Shown: piece by piece, positions 34,710 to 37,271 of the stretch
How the letters are laid out: each line of letters starts with the position of its first letter
How positions within the stretch are numbered: the first letter of the stretch is position 1
Source of the DNA: a virus
Lineage: Duplodnaviria; Caudoviricetes
DNA: 37,271 nucleotides
IMG/VR virus record: IMGVR_UViG_3300025621_000026
Coordinates: 1-37,271 of that record
Strand: one strand, 5' to 3'
Translations under genes and position numbers: made by a program
Notes under the pieces: model-generated
The model's database searches: none
The model's input: the letters and a program-made list of their open reading frames with translations, nothing else
Told to the model about the DNA's origin: nothing

Positions 34710-36629
34710 TTAGGCAATTGCCAAGAAGATGTAGCTACCACCACTAGCATTCAAAGCCGCTGGCGCTGATGATGTAACTGTAAATCCAGATGCTAGTGGG
34801 TCAATGTAATCTGTGTTAGTAACTTGAGCCGCTGTGCTGTTCAAGAGCAGGTATGGGTCATTGCCACTTACGATCCCCCTAGCTGAGTCCCACACGTACC
34901 AATCACCAGATGCATCAGTTCGCTTGATTAATATAAACCTTGCACCTGCGCTGAAGCCACAGTCTACATTTACGTTACTACCAGTTCCGCTGTAGCTTCC
35001 CACTTTACTTACACCGGGTAGGCTGGAAAAGAGGTAGGCGATGTAGGTATGGGTACTCTGGTTCAAATCGCTGTTTGTCCCAACCGTAAACACCGATGCA
35101 GTAGGAGACGTATTGTTCCAATAACTAATATGAGCATCTAGTGCCGCCGTGGTATTCAACACCATCATTGCCGTATTACCCATTCCAGACGCATACACCT
35201 TCCAATCAGCGGCGTTGCTCCGTTTTTTAACAATCATCAACTCAGGCGCAACACCTAAGTTATGCACCTCAGTATGAGCAACACCCGTCCCCGTATAAGC
35301 CACCACATCAAAGAAGCCGGGGGCACGTTTGAACATCCAAGAGTAGTATGCTGAGTCTCTTGCTGAAGAGTCCCAGCCATTCATATATCCAAACTGCGCT
35401 GCTGAGTTAGCACTTTCTGCCGCTGTACCGGTTGCATTAAGAGTTTCCCCTTGTGTCAGCCTTTGTGCAAAAGTTGTAGCATCGGATACTGTGGTGTGCT
35501 TTCTAATTGCCATGTCTACTGGAAAACCTGATATAAAACCCGGTATATCAACACTATTTCCATTATCAACAGAAAAAACCTCAGTCCCAGACTCAGGAGT
35601 CTTCATCGGGCGGCGGATGGCTATGTAGATGTAGGTTCCACCAGAAGCGTTAATAGTAGACGAAGACTCAGTTATCTTGAAACCTGTGGCTGTGGGGTGC
35701 GTAAAATTAACGGCGGATCCTTCTGCTACGCTTACATCGGCAAATAAATAAGCATCATTACCGCCATTAGGCATTCCTCGCATGGTGTCCAGTAAAAGCC
35801 AATTAGATGTTGAATCTGAACGCTTAACTAAAAGATATTGGATCTCATAACCTAAATTAATTTCAGGCCCGTTAGTACTCCCATTACCTGTATAACTCCC
35901 ACAGCTAATAACATTCTGCTCGCCATCGTCGCCAAAGCCTCCTGCATCGTGTGCGAAGACGTATGCTACGTAGGTTCCACCAGAGGCGTTGACTTGAGAG
36001 CTATTACCTAAAGTAATTACTGAGTCAGTTGGATTAACATTTCCCTGTCCATCTACAGCTACAAAAAATACCGCATTAACTTCAGCATCTGTAAGATTAA
36101 GACGTAAGAATTTTTCTGCTGTTAAACTTCTATGCCAAGCAGTCCAATTAGATGTGGTATCAGTTCTTTTGATTATGACGCAACCCGGAGTAGAACCTAG
36201 ATTATGGCTAATAGTTTTACCTGAAATGCCATCACCCGTCCACGTCACCACATCAAAGAACTTTGGAGCCTTGCGGAATGTCCATGAGGCGTAGGTGTAG
36301 CTTGAATTATTAGTTCCAAAAGAACTTTCAACAGTAAACCCGTTTGAATTAAATGAAGAAACTTCTGATAAGCCCGACGCCGCTTCAGCGCCGGATGAGT
36401 TAGAAGATAAGGTATTAAATGGCGTTCTTGCACTATCAACAAGCCGATGATCTATAGCACCCCTAGACTTAATCCAAACTAACCCACCCTCACCATCAAG
36501 GTCAATCCCGTTGTTGATCGTCTGTGTTGAACTGTTGCCAGTATAAAGGTAGGTGCTGAAGACATCTTCAACATACTCACCCCCACCACCAACACCAGCG
36601 GCGGCTTGAACTACGTCACGTACTGCCAT
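34710..36629 (-). CDS. Repeat-domain tail fibre / putative receptor-binding protein (639 aa)
   Basis: Five related units starting (Y/W)(T/S)G..G with (I/V)K(R/S/K) and ending N.S..(T/S)Y; start 36629 by TAATG coupling and by the identical copy at 1-118. Confidence 0.75.
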   Translation of the reverse strand: MAVRDVVQAAAGVGGGGEYVEDVFSTYLYTGNSSTQTINNGIDLDGEGGLVWIKSRGAIDHRLVDSARTPFNTLSSNSSGAEAASGLSEVSSFNSNGFTVESSFGTNNSSYTYASWTFRKAPKFFDVVTWTGDGISGKTISHNLGSTPGCVIIKRTDTTSNWTAWHRSLTAEKFLRLNLTDAEVNAVFFVAVDGQGNVNPTDSVITLGNSSQVNASGGTYVAYVFAHDAGGFGDDGEQNVISCGSYTGNGSTNGPEINLGYEIQYLLVKRSDSTSNWLLLDTMRGMPNGGNDAYLFADVSVAEGSAVNFTHPTATGFKITESSSTINASGGTYIYIAIRRPMKTPESGTEVFSVDNGNSVDIPGFISGFPVDMAIRKHTTVSDATTFAQRLTQGETLNATGTAAESANSAAQFGYMNGWDSSARDSAYYSWMFKRAPGFFDVVAYTGTGVAHTEVHNLGVAPELMIVKKRSNAADWKVYASGMGNTAMMVLNTTAALDAHISYWNNTSPTASVFTVGTNSDLNQSTHTYIAYLFSSLPGVSKVGSYSGTGSNVNVDCGFSAGARFILIKRTDASGDWYVWDSARGIVSGNDPYLLLNSTAAQVTNTDYIDPLASGFTVTSSAPAALNASGGSYIFLAIA

Positions 36630-37210
36630 TACGCCATCCCCAATCCAAGGACAAAGCCTCTCCAAGTTGTGCCGCCGTCTGATGTAAAGAAGGCTAGTGT
36701 GTCAACACCAGCGGCTGTCAGTTCGGGAGCCGTTGCCGCCGCCCATGTGACCCCTGAGAAGTACGACAGACCCGCAGAGCCACCATTGGTCACCTCAAGC
36801 ACAAATGCGCTCACAGAGCCGCTAGAGGCCACGTTGCTGACTGTTAGCGTTTGAGCGCCTGACAAGGTGTAGGTAAAGTAGTTGCCAGCAGACAGATCGA
36901 TGTCGTTAGCGCCCATTGCCACCTTGGTTTCTTTAACACCCGTCAGCGTAGGGGTTGTTGTAGGGGCTACGCCTGTTAACGTATTATCAGCAAAGGTAAT
37001 AGTCTTATTGGTTAGCGTATTAGTAGACGTAGCGGTAAGGTAATCACCAGCGTCAATTAAATAGGGGACAGATGTCCACGCAGTAACACCATCACCAATC
37101 TTAATCTTACTTGTGTCAGTCTCAGCACCCATCTCACCTAAAGCAAGGATTGGGTTGGCTGTAGTCCAGTTAGAAGCGGTGTCCCGACGAATTTGAATTA
37201 TGCTAGCCAT
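36629..37210 (-). CDS. Tail fibre/minor tail protein with Mtd_N-like domain, allele B (193 aa)
   Basis: Same N- and C-domains as 120..779 with a shorter linker. Confidence 0.75.
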   Translation of the reverse strand: MASIIQIRRDTASNWTTANPILALGEMGAETDTSKIKIGDGVTAWTSVPYLIDAGDYLTATSTNTLTNKTITFADNTLTGVAPTTTPTLTGVKETKVAMGANDIDLSAGNYFTYTLSGAQTLTVSNVASSGSVSAFVLEVTNGGSAGLSYFSGVTWAAATAPELTAAGVDTLAFFTSDGGTTWRGFVLGLGMA

Positions 37211-37271
37211 TAAGCTGTACCTCCGTTAATTACTTGAGAAATTGTATAAACACTATTAGAAAAACCACCAT
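37210..37271 (-). CDS. 3' fragment of the Ala-rich fibre gene (duplicate of 779-840)
   Basis: Identical to 779-840; truncated by the window end. Confidence 0.85.
   Translation of the reverse strand, partial: GGFSNSVYTISQVINGGTA

Larger units (their letters stand above)
36512..37271. repeat. Imperfect direct repeat with 1-840 (allele B of the tail-fibre locus)
   Basis: Counterpart of 1-840; identical outer 118 and 90 nt. Confidence 0.95.

Noticed and set aside
36630-36665. N-terminal extension MERLCPWIGDGV in the ORF track
   Set aside because: It overlaps the upstream gene and is absent from the allele at 1-118; ATG 36629 is stop-coupled.
1087-36854. Antisense and alternate-frame ORFs in the track (e.g. 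1087..1359, 1871..2143, 6232..6561, 16007..16480, 23620..24066, 30971..31372)
   Set aside because: Nested in well-supported genes, with no recognisable motifs; consistent with shadow ORFs.
36512-37271. True direct terminal repeat of the virion DNA
   Set aside because: The copies are not identical and cut through coding genes; the physical ends are more plausibly in the 8492-9219 non-coding region.

Overview
Essentially one complete, circularly permuted genome of a lytic podovirus. It has a T7-like replication module but no phage RNA polymerase, and I saw no integrase, CRISPR array or tRNA. Two arms diverge from a non-coding control region at about 8492-9219. The plus-strand arm (9220-24886) carries early micro-ORFs, a GP88-type protein, primase-helicase, PolA, SSB, exonuclease, ThyX, class I RNR and PhoH. 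The minus-strand arm carries TerS, holin, endolysin, TerL, portal, scaffold, capsid and tail fibres, wraps through the window ends, and continues through tail and ejection proteins to a bidirectional terminator at about 24900. The window ends (1-840 and 36512-37271) are two different alleles of the same tail-fibre locus, so the unit genome is 36,511 or 36,431 bp. The most striking signal is in the control region: four perfect, helically phased DnaA boxes (TTATCCACA) flank a canonical LexA/SOS box, beside Fis-consensus and OxyR/LysR-like sites. This dense cluster of host-protein binding sites also points to a Beta- or Gammaproteobacterial host. Family names come from motif recognition by eye, not database searches.
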